DNA of 64,000 nucleotides, from positions 1 through 64,000 of the forward strand of contig JAHLWZ010000530.1 of assembly GCA_020536535.1 (NCBI GenBank), written 5' to 3'. The translations under genes and the position numbers were made by a program. The DNA comes from Pelomyxa schiedti. Its lineage: Eukaryota; Protista; Evosea. How positions within the stretch are numbered: the first letter of the stretch is position 1; every line of letters begins with the position of its first letter. The notes below the pieces were generated by a model. The model saw only the letters and a program-made list of their open reading frames with translations, had not been told where the DNA came from and ran no database searches. Shown here one piece after another: positions 12,445 to 25,625 of the stretch.

Positions 12445-14096
12445 ATGGACGATAGGCTCAAGCGCATTGTGGACAAGCAAAGGGAGCACGAGAGGAGGAT
12501 GAGGGAGCGAGAGGAGCAGCGGCAGAGGGAGGAGGTGTCCAAGAGGAGGGAAAAACTGGGCCTGCCCCCACTGCCTCCTCTGCCCACTCCCTCCAGCTCC
12601 TCTCCTCAGGGTTCCGCGGCCAGTTCCGTAACCGGAACAGGCACTGAAACTGAAACTGGAAATGGTACTGGAACTGCTGCGACTTGTCAAAATCAGCAGC
12701 AGGAACGAAGACAAACGAGATGGAGTCCAAGGCGCACAGCAGAAGAACGAAATGTATGGCTGCTTTGAAATACACTCTCATAGAGGGAAACTAGGGACCT
12801 ACAACGCGGACTGACGTTTCACCCGCAACGTCCGAAATTCCCCCAGCAGAGCTTGTTGGGTGGGTAAAGGTGTGACATCTTTTTTGTTCCCACACAGAAA
12901 TTTACATTCTTTTACAAGTCGGAAATGGGGTGGGCTCCAATACAAACCAAAGTGACAAATGATTACAAAGTGAGGCCAACCAAGAACTTCATGCCAATAT
13001 GGCTCTACGACCAACTAAGTTTGTGCCCGGAGAACAAAACATCTAGATACAAAGATTCACTTACTAATAGAACCAAGTTTTGCTTTGACACAACCATACA
13101 AGACGGATTTCTTAGTTGGATGCTCTTTGATGATACCAATAATTCGCTGCTACATGACCGTGTGTTTTTACGGTATTTAATACCTTTCTGACAAAATGAT
13201 AAGAAAGATGGGCAAAGCCTCAATAAGCGCATAATGAATGATCTCTTTGCCTCACGTGATGCCATTTTTTCAAATGCAGGGCACCCTTTATTTGTAAGCC
13301 GCCTAGCGTGGGTTGTCAAGCTCTTCCAATGTACCGTTGCAAAAGTCGAGTATGATCCCCTTCTACTCTCGTGTACATTATAATTATTCCGTCGCCCAAA
13401 AAAAGGGAGCTGGTTGAAGCTCGCCGGAAAGGAAAGCAACCTGTAAAGCAAGAGACAATCTGGATTGAAAAAATTGCCCCATTACTTGCCGAGTATCAAC
13501 GACAACTTGAGGTCCTTATCCCACCCCAGCAACCAGCACCCCCACCTGAAACCTGTATTATACCCAATATCCTGGAGATCCTGGATGACAACACCATGAC
13601 CCAAGTTCTCCTGAAACTCACCAACGTGCGGGACCTGCTCAACACATCATTCGCTTGCAAAAAGCTGCATGCCCTGTGCTCCCAGCAAATCATATACCAC
13701 GATTTCCTGTACCGGGAATTCCCGATTTCCTACTCCCGAGCCGAACTAGAGCAGCGGCGATCCACCCTTTCTGCTGCAGCCAGTGGGAGTGGAACCTCTT
13801 GGGCAAATATCACAACAGTAAGGTCGGAATTCGACTGGCGCACACACTATATATCAGCAGTCCAGAGCCTGCAAGAGCAAGTGCCGGACGAGCAGCTCCG
13901 CATAATAAGCATCAACAGGAAGGCCGGGGGGATTGCGCTCTGCACGAAATGCATGGGGTTCTTCTGGCAGGAGACAAACTCCGCCACGAGTTGTAACACC
14001 GGCACTTATGAAGAGTACTTCCATCTCGGCGCATCTTTCAATCCAGATAACCTCGTACATACCATCATCAGCCTCCCTTGTCCTACAGGAATGTAA
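12445..14096 (+). CDS. Protein with an internal F-box-like motif and a C-terminal Cys/His motif, multi-exon
   Basis: Charged N-terminus. LDDNTMTQVLLKLTNVRDLLNTSFACKKLHALC is F-box-like. C-terminal CTKC..N..SC..YFHLG. Confidence 0.55.
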
Positions 14097-14153
14097 AAAA
14101 AATTTTCTTTCATCACATCTTTTGATTAAGCGAAGGCGAAGGGACACAGGCGA

Positions 14154-15494
14154 ATGGCAGACAAGGAGGCGGATGAAGCTCCGGCAGAGGCACCAGTGAT
14201 TATGGGATCGGGCGATACGAGTCAAGTCGAACGGGCCAAGGACGACGCAGCTCACGGGGATCCCGCCGTAAAGGACAAGGAACAAGTTGGCGGCTCCGAC
14301 GCAGAGCCGGGGAAAGACGCCAAACAGCAAAGCGACGCAACGGCCCAAAGCGGGGAAAGCACAGCCGCCAAAACAAACGACGACGCTCCCACAATCCCTC
14401 AACGCGAATCCGAAAACAGCAAAGATAAGGGCACCGACGGGCCCAACGAATCGCCATCAGCAACAGAAGACATAACTCCCAGTAACGCCAGTACTACAAC
14501 AACTACTACTACTACTACGACTGCAGTCATGAATACAAATACGAGTACTGAACAAGTATCGTCTGTCGACGCCACTGAGGGGGCACAGACTTCGCTCACT
14601 GTTTCTGTGACTGCTGAGACTAACTCCTCTAACCAACCACCTTTGGACTCTGAGAAGCCGTCTTCCAAGAAGTCTAACAAGTCCCACCACGTTCCACCCA
14701 CCAGCGCCCCACCACGTCCCCCTGGTAAGAAAGCAACCACAACGGAGTCTGATGATGCTCACCCGGTACCACCGGCTTCAGCAGCTTTTTCCTCCGGAAA
14801 TTCCAGTACAAGCCCTCGCTGCACCTCACCAACTCCCACTTCAACAACTACAACAGCGGAATCAACAGCAGCAGCAGCAGCACCACCGGTAACACCTACC
14901 GCAACAACTACTGGCGATAGTAAAAGCAAACCTGATGGTGGAATCACAGTTTATTGTGAGGACGGCGACTTACTACTGCTATTTGCCCCACTCTTTGAGA
15001 ATGCCATATCCCTCTTCAAACACGTTTATGTTTACCAGCTCAAGAAAGGCATTAATAAAATAACTGCCTTTGTCCCTGGTGAGAGTTCACAGTTCTCTGC
15101 CCTCCTCTCTCCCAAGTCCAAGGACACTGACCGTGAGTTCATTTCACCTTCCCATCCTCTCAATAGTAGAACTTACTATTCCCACAGTTTTCCTCATTGT
15201 TTGTGAGGCCACTCCAGACATGGACTTTCCTACCTTGTAAGTATTTCCTTTTACCACTTAGTGACTGTGTTTAACAAAGTTAAATGAAATGTGCCCAGAG
15301 TATCTTCGGTAGAGGCCTCCGCACGTGATTGTGTGGTATTGATGATGGACACATCAACACAGAATAAGCTGAAGCAAAACAGCAAGCGGTTCCCAAAAGG
15401 CTGGTCAAAAGTTGTTGAAAAGCAGCTCAATTCCACATCTCAAGTACCTCCACAACGAGCAACCGCAATCACTCAGTACTTTAAAACTCACTGA
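14154..15494 (+). CDS. Hypothetical protein with a long T/S/P-rich disordered N-terminus
   Basis: 350-aa ORF plus short 3' exons; no family recognised. Confidence 0.55.
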
Positions 15495-15619
15495 GTGCAC
15501 TTTTATTATTACATGCACTTAGTGGCCAACAAAAGTGGGGAAGCTAAGAAACTCTGTTGTTATTGTACACAATAACCTTTTTTTTTCTTTAAAGATAGTA
15601 TTTGCTCTCATACATGGCT

Positions 15620-16761
15620 TCAACAATCGTGTGGTTCCGCAAAATTGCTCTTGGTTGCGTGTTCCTTCTTGACTCTTGTTCTGGTAATGGTGAATGAAAG
15701 TTTGAGAAAAGGAGTACAACCTCATATTGCAGAACCACATTGTGACTTTGCTCATTTGAACACCACATAGTCTGGCCAGTTCTTGCTTTTCTGCTTTGGA
15801 TGGATAGGGATCTAAATGAAAGGTGAAACTGTTTTTCCGAAAGTGCACAATACTTAGGATGTGATCACTGAACCATTGTCTCAAAATTTCCGTTGCCGCT
15901 TCGTTAAAGACTTTGGCTCCCTTAGACTTATGTGGTGTACCAGGTACAGCGAGCTCTTTTTTTACCAACTGCTGCAAATGTTCTGCCATACGGTAAAAAG
16001 AGCCACAGGAGCATTGAAAGAGTTTGTGTATCACCTTTGGCCTTGGCAATCACCGCCTCTCGGAGATTGAAATGAAGCTGACTGAACCGCTTGAGAATAG
16101 CCAGTTGGGCGCATCTGTTTTTGTAAAGATACTTCACAAGTTGGGCAACTAACTGCTGTGCTTCAGGAATTTCAGCTAAGCGACCGTAGGTCAGAGCCTC
16201 TGCTCTCCAAAGGGCCTGTAACTCCAAAGTACGGCCAGAACACGTGTTTTTAATCTGAAATGCCTGATCTTTGTAGTACTTGAGCAGCTGCTGGAAGGGC
16301 TAAGCATAATAATGGAATTGAGAGCAATACATCATCATCATTGCGCGTAATCTCCTCAAATTTGATTTCCAGTTCTTGTGATTCCTCTTCACTCTGAATG
16401 AATAAAAACGTTCACGGCAGGATGAAACGGAACCGGAAAAAGGTCTGTGTAAAGAATTGTGCAATGCCACAACAGACTGATAACACGTTCTCACAATCGC
16501 CTCAGTGACTTTTTGCACAAAATAGTCCTCGTCATTTATCACACACTGTACAGTGATTGCCTGTGGTGTGCCCTCCACGTTGTTTTGAGTAACGCCGTAC
16601 TGTCCAGTGCTCAAGTGGGTCGTAGCAACAAACGTTTGTGTGGAGATAGGCCCTATCGTAGCCAGGCTCGGGTCTGCGTATGCTCCCGCGGAAACAGCTT
16701 TCCACGCGGTGTAAGGTTTAAACATCGCAAACGTGACCACTACCTTCGATATTGTCCCCAT
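15620..16761 (-). CDS. TALE-class homeodomain transcription factor, multi-exon
   Basis: Spliced homeodomain FNEAATEILRQWFSDHIL-PYPSKAEKQELARLCGVQMSKVTMWFCNMRTRVKK with the PYP loop. Start is uncertain (16725 or 16761). Confidence 0.85.
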
Positions 16762-17130
16762 TCAGGAGAGTAACGCCCTCGGCACCGCGCGACACAAGAG
16801 TAACAGGCTGTTTGTCGTTTAAAACGTCAAATTACGTACGAGATCGAAGAGAAAAATGACGCGAAGGAGATACCAAGCCAGATGAAGATGAGGAATACTG
16901 CATGCTTGAGGTGATCTGATTCAACAATACAACAAACACCGCCCTAAGATCTTACTCTTCCGTGGCAAATTGGTTTTGGTTTTTTTAATAGTTGTAACTC
17001 CCAATGTTGAAGTTATGCCACATGTCTAGCAGGGTAACTATGGCAGATGGAAAATTTTTGGATTTCCAAAAAAAGGGTTCCTCAGTCCAAAAGCACCCTA
17101 AGGGTGGGGGAAGTGGTTGTGATGTGACTC

Positions 17131-18324
17131 TCAAAAGTACTTGTGGAGGAATGGTGTGTAGACTCGTGTGTCCCACTGATGAGTTACCCATTGACCGGCT
17201 GTTGTGAGCCACTGGTGCAAAGTTCCACATGTGCTGAAGGTACTTTCGCCAATCACAGAGTGCACAAACCTTTCTGCGGCATATTTCAGGAATCCGAGTG
17301 TCACTGCACTGCCAACTGAAGTTGCGTGATAGTATTCGCAGGCAAGGCCACTGAATCCAATCTCCCCAAGAGTTTCCGTGCAGGATTCCATTCCATTTTC
17401 ATTGGTGGCAACATCTTGGAAATTGGTAAGTATTGGAAAATTATGTTGGCTCTACCATAGATACAGGATTTCGCGAGAGAGGCTGCTAAGAGAGTTGGAG
17501 GTATAATTGGGTGAATGTGTAAAATGTTGACAAATGCAACGGCTAGGGCTGTAGAAGTGCCAACAGATTTAAGGAACTTCACTGGGTTGCCTTTTAGAAG
17601 ATACTTGAAGTCGCGGAGGGAAGTTTTCACAATAGCAGTAATCGATGTGTGAATGTTCCTCTGAACCAAGTGGCTTGACAGAATTCCCTCACTGCTGAGG
17701 GGGAAAAAAAAAAAAGAAAAAACCAAAACTTTAAGCCATCCCAGAAAGAAAAAAAAAAAAAAAAAAAAGGAAAGAGAACCTTTTCCCCGCGTGGTGCTCC
17801 TCATGTACTTGTTTGCCTTGGGTTGCCTTTCCTCCTTTCGATTTTGGCTTGGACATTCTCAGCGAACCTGATGTTTCATGCACGCCGGCGTGTGCCTCGT
17901 GAGCCGGCGGCGGGTGCATCCAAGCCTGCAGTTGCACGTCGACGGGGACGTCGGCGACCGCATTTGCATTTGCATCCAGGGGCGCAAGCTGCACGGGGCC
18001 GAACCCCGAGCTCGACGACGCGCCGATTTGGCCGTGCGCCGATGACGGCATCGAGGACGACATGGACTCTCCCATCATTGCCTCCGGGGGCGGCGGCGAC
18101 ATTTTGAACATGGCCGGGTGTTCGGACGACTCCATCTTGAGGTCCCTCTCTTCGACTTGTCGCTTTGGTGGAGCCCTCAGTCCCGTTTCCGGGTGCTGTC
18201 CCACCGGTGGGACAGGCACGCTGGCGTGGTGGTGCTCGTTTCCGCACCCCAGAAACACCATCACAATGAACGCCAACGCGCACCCCCAAAACGTCGCCAC
18301 GCGCACGTACCTAGCAGCCGCCAT
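17131..18324 (-). CDS. Hypothetical membrane protein, 3-4 exons
   Basis: N-terminal TM/signal (FWGCALAFIVMVFLGC), low-complexity linker and hydrophobic C-terminal exons. Confidence 0.5.
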
Positions 18325-18498
18325 TGTATTTGATCTGGTTTTCGAGGAAGAATTGAATTTTTTTCGCGTTTGGTTCGTGCTTTTGCTGACTGGGCGACGA
18401 ACAGTCACTTTATTTTTTTTTTGGTTTTCGTGCGTTGACGGTGATGGAAGAATCAGAAACCATGGTGGGGTGAATGAAATGTACAATGTGGAGAGCTG

Positions 18499-21400
18499 TT
18501 ACCTCCACACCACAACGCCTTCTTCTCCTTCTATCCTAAAAGTGCACCAGAGTGAAATTGCATTGACACTGACAACACCGCAGGGTTGTGCAACCTCGAG
18601 TAGTGCCATTCTCACTCCAGTGGCTGTATCGTCATCGCAAGCCGTTGACTCGGGCTCTTGGCAGACTGCATACACACCTTCTGCAATCCGCTGCTGCCGT
18701 CGGGTTGTGTGACTGCAAGGGTTCAGTGAGCACAGGCAGGCGCCGGTCCGCTTATCCCAGCAGGCCAGTTTCCCACTGGAGTGGGCAGTGAAGAGGTAGT
18801 CGGCACAAGCCTTGACACACACTGTTGATGGAATCTCGTTGTTGATGATGCCGGCAGATAGCAATACTGCACCAGAGGACTCATCCACTGCAATGAGTAG
18901 GCCACCCACAACAACCCACAGGTAAAGGTGGCTGAAAGCGAGCGAGCCTACTGGATGAGTGTACTGTGACGGCAGATGCAACTCACGCTGTACTGTCAGA
19001 TGAACGTAATCGAGCATGATTATGCAGCCTCTGTTGCACCCAATCCAAACACCGGAACTGTGCTGCACAGCACACCAAACTGGGTGCTGCAGCATCACAC
19101 TGTTACTTATTTCTCCAGTCTGTGAGTTGAGTTGAACTAGCTGAGAGGAAATTGTTGACGTTGCCACACTCAGGATACAGGTAGAGTTATTTTCTAGATA
19201 TTCTACCATGAGAAGTTGCACAGCTTGGTGTAGCCTATCATGAACAACAACCTATGGAGAATTAGATAAAACATCTGTAGTTATTTCCCCACCTTATGAG
19301 TAAATGTGTGTGAATTTACTGCAACGTGAAACAGTGCCCCTTCGTCAGAACTGCACCAGGCACTGCCTTGGTCAACACAAATAGCATGAACTGGCGAAGT
19401 GTGGACATCAATAGTGCTCACATAATCGGTGTTTTCATGGTAGACAATAACCTTGCCATTGCCTGTTCCAACCCAGACCTCACCTGTACTCAGAGATGTG
19501 ATACAACATATCTAGTATTTCTGAGTTTCTTCAACGGTACTTTTGTATTGGATACTGGAATTTTGAGGTGAAGAAAGGTCGGATGTAAGGATGTGAGCAT
19601 CTCTTGTGAAACGTGGATTCCTTGGTTAGATGAGTGTTGTAGCAGGCATATGACTTATTTCAGCAAAAGAACCTAAATTCGGAGGGGATCTGAGCCTTTC
19701 TTCATCGAAATCTATAGCAAATATCTCAGAAGGTATAGTTTGAACTGTGGGAGGGCTAGTTGATGGAGACTGCATGGTGAATTCCTCAGATAAGCGAGGA
19801 GATGGGGTTGTGGAAGTAAGTTTTTTGGCGGGTTGCCTAATAAACATCGATATCGATCGCAGATACTTAGGAGACTTACCAAGAAATTACAGATGAGGGA
19901 GAAGATGATATGGCGGGAGTGTCTTCAGGCATTCGAGGGGAGACAGAACCCCTTCCACGGTAAATATATTGTGAGACTTTCTGGCTTATACCTGGATTGG
20001 GAAACTGCCGATCCTTCTGAACGGGAAATGGTGATTGGGGGTGTCATAGTCTCGATAAACGTTACAGCCGAGACAAGGTGGGTGTAGTAGCAGTATGCTT
20101 CGCCAAGGCGTTCTTCAGGATCTGTAAATCGGTCTATAAACCTGAAGTCAATATTTAGACAATATACAATAAGATTTCCCAGATTACGAGATATTTGAGG
20201 CAAGTCTGGGGAGATCTGCCTGGATAACTACGTAGATAAACAGAGGTAAGAAGTCATCAGCACTAACTGTAATGCCTGTAGACTGGAGCGAAACTGACTC
20301 TTTGTTACATGACCCAAGGCAATAGAAGAAGTGAAACTACACACAAAGAAGAACTTTACAAGCATTCAATACAAAGGTAATTTTTTCGAAAGGAGTAACA
20401 ACGATATCGAGCCCTTCTAATTCTGTGTACTGTGAGGTCGGCATTACACATAGAATAGCAGTACCTTTCACTGAACTTTGCATCAGACTTTCATCAATAT
20501 TAGCCGTGATTTCTAGATGTTTTGGTGTAGTAACAGAGCGTAAGTCACGTATGTGCTTCGCAAGCTTGAGATCCTTTTCCTGCAGAGCTTTTTTGGCAAA
20601 GAGGCTAAAGGAACAAGGTAAAAATGAACCCTCCAAGGGTAAAAGATTAGTAGCTGGTACCTGCTATAAAGGTGGCTAAAAAGATATGTTTTCATGCTCA
20701 TCTTTCCTAAAAGAAACAGATCTGGGGGCATTTCTTTCCATGGGGAACTGGTTTGCAGGGTATATTCAGCAGCTGAAAGGAAATTCATCATGACTTTTGC
20801 TTCGGCATCTAGACTCATTCCTTTTACCTTTTTATCAAAAGTTTTAATGAACCTACAAACTGAAATGTAAGTCATTATTGAATTTAGCACTGAGCATACG
20901 ATTCCACGGCATTCTTTATGTCTCTACACTTAGGTAGTTCAAGGATTTGTTGGAATGATTCTGAACTACTTTCTGTAATGGGCTTGGGTGGTGCAGGTCG
21001 TCTAAAGAAGATACTCTGCCCTCTTTTGAGGCCTGCATCCCCAATCTTGAGAGTGATTCAGAAAGGAGTAAAGTAGAGATTTCCTACCGGTTTTCGTGGC
21101 AATGATGTTTGTTGTCGAGTGAGGATTGGCTTCTTTGGTTTGATTTGCGAGGCGTCTGGTGACTGAGCTTTTTGGTTCTTATTATAACTTGTTTATATTT
21201 TAAAGCATTTGGGGGTGTCGATTGTTTTGTTGTGCTTACAGGTATTATGTCTGGAGAGACTTTGGTTTTCTGTTGCCGGGTCGTCGTGATATTTCGTTAA
21301 AGTGTTATTTTCCGGTTTTGGTTGGGCTTGTGGTGCAGGTGTAACTGCGGAGGAAGCAGCAACTGTAAAAGAAAGACATATTTGCTGTAAAATTAAAGAC

Positions 21401-22024
21401 CTTCAGCCAAAATATTTTAATGATATTTCGTACAGCTTTTCTCTTTTCCAGCCACTCTTCCAGTGTGAGGGATTCATCCTCCATATTTTCTATTAATACA
21501 TCTGATAATATGTTGATAAAACATCAGCTTTAATAACCAGCTTACTCGAAATGGAGTGTAAGGTTTGAGTTTCGTGAGTGGGTGGGCTATTGCATTGTAC
21601 GACGGGACATTCGGCTAAAAATGCACCGTCATTTCGCCACAATTCGGGTACAAAAGACAATGGAGGAGTTATTGCTTTTACAGGACGTTTTAATCTATGA
21701 AAAATGAGAATTGCACGTGGGAAGCATTGTTAACTTGAAGAATAGTACGAAGCAAAGCGCACCTAGTCTTGTATGTGTGGATAAACACAAATTTGAGAGG
21801 AACTAAAGGCTGGGGAACCCATTCTGACCCAAACACCTTCGAGAGTTGCTTCTCCCACAAAGTGTCATCTTCGCTTGCTGAACGAAAAGACTGACACACA
21901 AGTGACAGAGAAATAAGGTCTATTTTACGTAAACAACAAGCCAAAGAACAGAACACTGACCACGTAAGTCCTCGAGGGGCCAGAAACAACGAACACGGAT
22001 CTCGTGCGGAAACTCCGCTATCAT
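18499..22024 (-). CDS. F-box - VPS9 (Rab5-family GEF) - beta-propeller protein, multi-exon
   Basis: Spliced F-box MIAEFPHEIRVRCFWPLEDLRDLISLSLVCQSFRSASEDDTLW. VPS9 motifs TPFEKITFVLNAC, SADDFLPLFIYVVIQA and GEAYCYYTHLVSAVTFI. WD-like C-terminus (VWIGCNRG, LFTAHSSGKLACWD). Confidence 0.75.
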
Positions 22025-22255
22025 CTACCGTTTTTTTTTTTCCTGTTGTTTTGTTTTTTGTAACTTCGTGCATTGCGCTGCACCTTTGGCATCTTGAAAC
22101 GGCCGAGTCAAATTGATTCCAGATCTCATGCTCTTCCACTCACTCTGGTTCCCTGGAAGCACTAGAAGTAGCGTCAAAGTAATCTTCCAGTGTCCCGCCC
22201 TGATATTCCTTCTCCACTGAGACCAGTCAGACTTCTCTCAGGGAAAACCCGAGTG

Positions 22256-23204
22256 ATGATGGACACCGATGACCACAAAGCCGCACCCCCGGTTGATGTT
22301 GTCTCGGCCGTTACCACGACGACAGCAACGACTTCTACTGCCTCAGCGAGCGGGATCTCCGGCGTCGTTGGCGGCGCGGCTGCCGCGTCGCCTGGGGAAG
22401 GCGCGGCTGAAGATGCCGCCGGCGTCGTGGTCGGGAAGGTGCTGGGCGTGAACGCGTTCTCGTTCATCGACGACGTGTTCGACGTCGTCGACGACTACAT
22501 GAACGACGGCCTCGAGGACATTTCCGCGAAGCTGAAGGAGCTGCCCTGCCTCGCCGACCGCCACGCTTTGGTCGAAGAGGTACTTTTTTTTTTTTTTTTT
22601 TCTCTTGCTAGTCCCATAATTCGAGGAAGGCTTGTGGCGCCTGTGTAGAACCGTAAATACGAATAATAAAGTTCGTTACTAGGGGCTGAAGAGAGTCGGC
22701 GAGGCACTTGAGGCAACAATGGACGATAGACTGTCCAATTTTGAAGACTATGCTTTGAAGCATATGTTCAGCGTCCCTTCTAGTGCTGCACAACCACCAC
22801 ACCCACAACCATCCATACAAAAACTCGTTGAGCAGTCTGCATCTCTGGACTCTGCGATTTTACAAAAGCAGCAGCGACTAAGACAGGTGATGGTTGCCTG
22901 TCTGAAATGCCAAGACAATGGCTTCGTATTTTGCAAACTAAGCTTCTGTAGCTCGCAGATCACAACGCCTTGCTAAGTAGTCAGGTGAAGCAACTGCAAA
23001 CTACAAATGGTGCATTGCAACAACAAATGCAACTTGTAAGCTCGGCAATGGGGGACCTGAAGCCCAGAACTACAGCAGGTCTGTCCTCTAAGACACCCTA
23101 CACTTTCTCATTCCCACTTTCAAGACTTGATGAACAACTTGAGCTCCCTTGTGGCAACAAACTCGAAAGTACTGGATGACCTTCGGCACTCACAATCTGT
23201 CTAA
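22256..23204 (+). CDS. MIS12: Kinetochore protein Mis12 homolog
   Basis: LGVNAFSFIDDVFDVVDDYMNDG and LSNFEDYALKHMFSVP match the two conserved Mis12 blocks; C-terminal coiled coil. Confidence 0.75.
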
Positions 23205-23259
23205 GTATTGTCTCTAAAAAAAAAATGTTTGTACAATTTTTATCTGTTCTCTTCCTGTG

Positions 23260-25537
23260 TTATTCTGTCATCGCCTCCCCTTGCACAAGGGAGAACATAA
23301 CTCTTGGCACACAATAATCACTTTCAAGTGACAAACTGGGTGGTAAAGGCGGCGATGTTGTGATTCCGCCACCAACATCCACACAAATATCCAGGATTGT
23401 TTGCCCACATTGAAGTTTTATCCTGCAAATATCAGTATCTTCCCAGCTATGCACAGTAACTGAGAGCTTTTGATTTCTTAGTTCTGTGGTTTTGTGAGAA
23501 AAATAACAAAGGAATTTAAGAGAAGAGGTTTTTGGGGTGAAAAGTGTGGAGGAACCAGGGAGAGCAGCTTGTAAAGAGTTTTTCGGGTCAAAGCAACTTT
23601 GTAATAAGGAGGCATAGAGACGTTGTTGTCGTAGGATCTGGAATGAGGGTAGAGTCGATCAAAGGTTTGAGGAAACATTACATCTAGAACTGGGGCAACG
23701 TGCTGTGGGTAGGTGAATGGAATGTGGTGCACAGTGAATGCGGGTTGCATTTCCCCCTCGTGGGTGAACTGAAAAATCATGTTCCCGAAATGCACCTGGC
23801 AAAGTGTTGGTTGAAAGCTTGCGAGAATTTGAGAATTTAACCATTTGGGAGAGATTGTATGAACTACAAACAATTTGTTGAACAGAAGCGAAGTCAATGC
23901 CTTGGTTTACGATTGGGGGGTTTGTGGCAATGCCTAGTTGTGGTTATAATTTATCATCCGGTTAAAAAGTATCCAATAACCTGTTGCCTTCAGTATTCGG
24001 CATAACGTTGACACAGAAACATAAGCAGGTGAGGATAGATGCATTGCAAAGCGCACATGATAAGACGGCTGTAAATCGTCAATACGGCGGAAGAAGCACC
24101 TCGAAGGAAAAGGGTCTCAGAAGTTATTTGGACAAAACAAAACTAAGTACCTACCTAGATTCTGACTCTGTTATTTGTGAAGAGGTTGGCAGTGACATAA
24201 GAGTCCAAGATTTTTCAAGGGATATTGTAAGTGAATCTGACTCACCACTTGGCCCTGTGTGAGTAATGAACTACCAATGTGGAAATGCAACTTCCTACCT
24301 TCAAAATAGGAAATGCGAATGCCCTTGATGGAGGGTTCAATCCTTCCGTGCCCCTTATTTGCAATAGATTTGGGTGATAGTGCCACTGAACGTCTGTGTA
24401 CGAATAAGTTTTGGGCTTTTGCCATTCAGTTTATTTGACGATATAACAAACTACTTAATACGGAAGAAGAAAATACATCTCATGTTGATGCATTTGAAGT
24501 AAATCGGATCGCAGAGAACGTAGAAGTTGGCCAATATCGGCATGCGTTTTTTCGCTGATATCATTTAGTTGTTGAACGACAGCCACACAATTTTGAAATT
24601 CAACAGAATCGGTATTACTGTTGGGGATAAGAGGACTAGAAGAAGTGATTTGTCTGGTTTTTTTGTACCTGATGATAGCCTTAAGTTCATTATTCCAATC
24701 CGTGTCTGAGAAGTGTGATGAGTTATAGCAATGCACGAGGTCCACTTTGACTGTCCAAGTCGGAATTTCAATGCTTACCTGCAAAAATGGACTTTAAAAA
24801 GATTCTCATTAAGAAGTATTTACTGAAAGATTGAAGTTCTGATAGCCTAGATCAGCAGTGAGTCTGTTAGGCATTTCATCTTCACCAATTACAAGAAATA
24901 CATCAAATTTACGTTGGACTGTGTCAAGTATATTCCGAATTTTTTTAAGGGGTGGCTAAAAAAAAAGAAAAATAAACAAAAAGTAGGAACAAAAAACACA
25001 AACCTGCGGTATTTCTTGTTGGGCAAGTTGTATTGCATCAGTGATAGAATTAGTAAGTCTATTCAATTGGGAAGAATATTGGCTGCGGTCCTAATTGGAG
25101 AAAATAAATGAATCAAGTCTGGCAGTCTTACAAAAGAAAACAAGGAGCAAGTTAGGATACCTTCAACGCAGAAAGATATTTTCGAATTGGTGAGGCATTC
25201 TCTGGCCTTTGTGGGGAACATGTCTCAGAGTACGATTTGAGTGTCTGTTTAATGTCCCTAATTTGCTCTTCAATTCTAAAACGTGCATCGTCCGCATTGA
25301 ACTTGGCATATGGGTGCACCACAACTGGTGGATTTTTAACATTCAATTTGACCAAAAAAAACCGCTCATAGCTGACAGCACACTTGGGTTCAGTTTTCGA
25401 ACGGAGGGGTCAGTCTCGTCGGACGACTTTGGCGGGGACTGAAGGGGCAGCCTGAGCTGTGCGGCCCATTCGTCCATCATCCCCTTCATTTCTTGTATCA
25501 CCTGCTGTATCGTCTTGGTCTTACGGTTCTGTGCCAT
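23260..25537 (-). CDS. MED1: Mediator subunit 1 (Med1)-like protein, multi-exon
   Basis: NKGHGRIEPSIKGIRISYF and VHHIPFTYPQHVAPVLD-ILRQQRLYASLLQSC resemble conserved Med1 blocks. Confidence 0.6.
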
Positions 25538-25625
25538 TCCCTTGCTTTACCAAAATGCTCTCTGGCGATCTAGTCGCTCTTCGCGAAACGCCAAGCAAGA
25601 AAAAAGAAAATCAAAAATCGCTTTG

